Assembly: GCA_036172245.1 (NCBI GenBank)
Contig: JAYWIR010000003.1
Coordinates: 5,952,001-6,016,000 of the forward strand
Length of the DNA stretch: 64,000 bases
Origin: Raillietiella orientalis
Lineage: Eukaryota
Reading direction: 5' to 3'
Shown here: positions 63,051 to 64,000 of the stretch, one piece after another
How positions within the stretch are numbered: the first letter of the stretch is position 1
How the letters are laid out: every line of letters starts with the position of its first letter
The notes under the pieces: model-generated
What the model was told of the DNA's origin: nothing
Database searches by the model: none
What the model saw: only the letters and a program-made list of their open reading frames with translations
Position numbers and translations under genes: made by a program

Positions 63051-64000
63051 CTGACCACCTTGGAGACCTGACGTGATGAGGAAGAATGCTCGATTCGGTC
63101 AGACGCGCGCCGGGTTGGCCGCAATCGATAACTTTTCGTCCCTTGAATTACAGTTTTCGTCTTGAAGTTTTCATTTTTCGTGGGTGATGAGCTTCGGTGC
63201 AGATGTAGAATGTAATTATAACTGTAGTAATTGAAAGATACGGAAAATTCTCATCCTTGGATGACGGGCTGTTAAATGAAATGGGAAGGATAATTGATAA
63301 TAAAGCCCTATAATCACTTTAGTGCCCTGGATGACATCCAACTCTTGTTGGATTGGGATAACAAGCACTGCTCCATATTCGCTGTACGTTGCCGTGGATA
63401 CTGGTTTCTATTATCCCGATATCTTGTCAGGTTGTTCCCATCATCTCATTTGGGTGTTGTGCGCTTTTCTTGAGAGAATCCTCCTTTGAAACTTGGACTC
63501 CCACGAGCAGTCGAGTCGAGTTTCCTGGGATGCCACGGATAAAGGCTCCAACATGGTAGCTCCTGGCCGACACAGTGCGACTGGGGCTGCGGCTTTTCGA
63601 TTAATTTAATGAAAATACCCCTTGCAGCCCTGCCATCTCGGAACATCTGCTAATGGGCAGCAATCAAACGGAGCAGAGGTCGGCAAATTAACCGAAGTAG
63701 TTTCCGGTTCCAGCAATTTGGTTTCCGTAGGTAGCTCGGTCGCGTTGCATCCTGCATTGATTCGGGATGCTCTTTTGCCTGTTTCTAATAGAAGGACAAC
63801 TGGGTGCAGCCAACTGCTTTTGGAGAATTCTGTAGAACCAATGGATTCCTAAGAAGCGTTAGGGCTCGCATTCTCGATTACGCATCTGTATGTGGAATTC
63901 CATTACGTCGTATATGTGTAGAGTCAAACAGCTTACAACGGTACATAGAGGAACTATGTACTGTTCCCTGATCACACACGAACTCTATCACGTATGCAGG

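Noticed and set aside
1..64000. CRISPR arrays, tRNA, rRNA, spliced-leader or U snRNA genes, prokaryotic operons
   Set aside because: No regularly spaced repeats or recognisable conserved RNA sequences seen; the DNA is intron-containing eukaryotic sequence.

Overview
Eukaryotic, most likely arthropod, nuclear DNA with very short introns (42-69 nt). It holds two intact genes, both on the minus strand: a Drosophila-type musashi (2 coding exons, 317 aa, 22545-23567) and proteasome subunit alpha-2 (6 exons, 234 aa, 35048-36303). Much of the rest appears to be roughly 14 decayed R2-superfamily (NeSL/Utopia-like, RT + CCHC + restriction-like endonuclease) non-LTR retrotransposon copies in both orientations, recognised by eye from motif remnants. 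Main observations: (1) a ~150-nt cassette just after the musashi stop codon packed with seed sites for conserved miRNAs (bantam x3, miR-137 x2, miR-2/K-box, miR-1, miR-263, miR-8); (2) apparent copies of the same retroelement type drifted to about two-thirds GC (27.6-32 kb) and to extreme AT (5.56-5.95 kb), each island with a palindrome at one edge; (3) a CpG-depleted, hairpin-dense, apparently non-coding 1.6-kb block beside the PSMA2 promoter, containing a box C/D snoRNA candidate and miRNA/mirtron-like hairpins. TE boundaries and composition values are visual estimates, and reference motifs are recalled from memory; no database search was possible.
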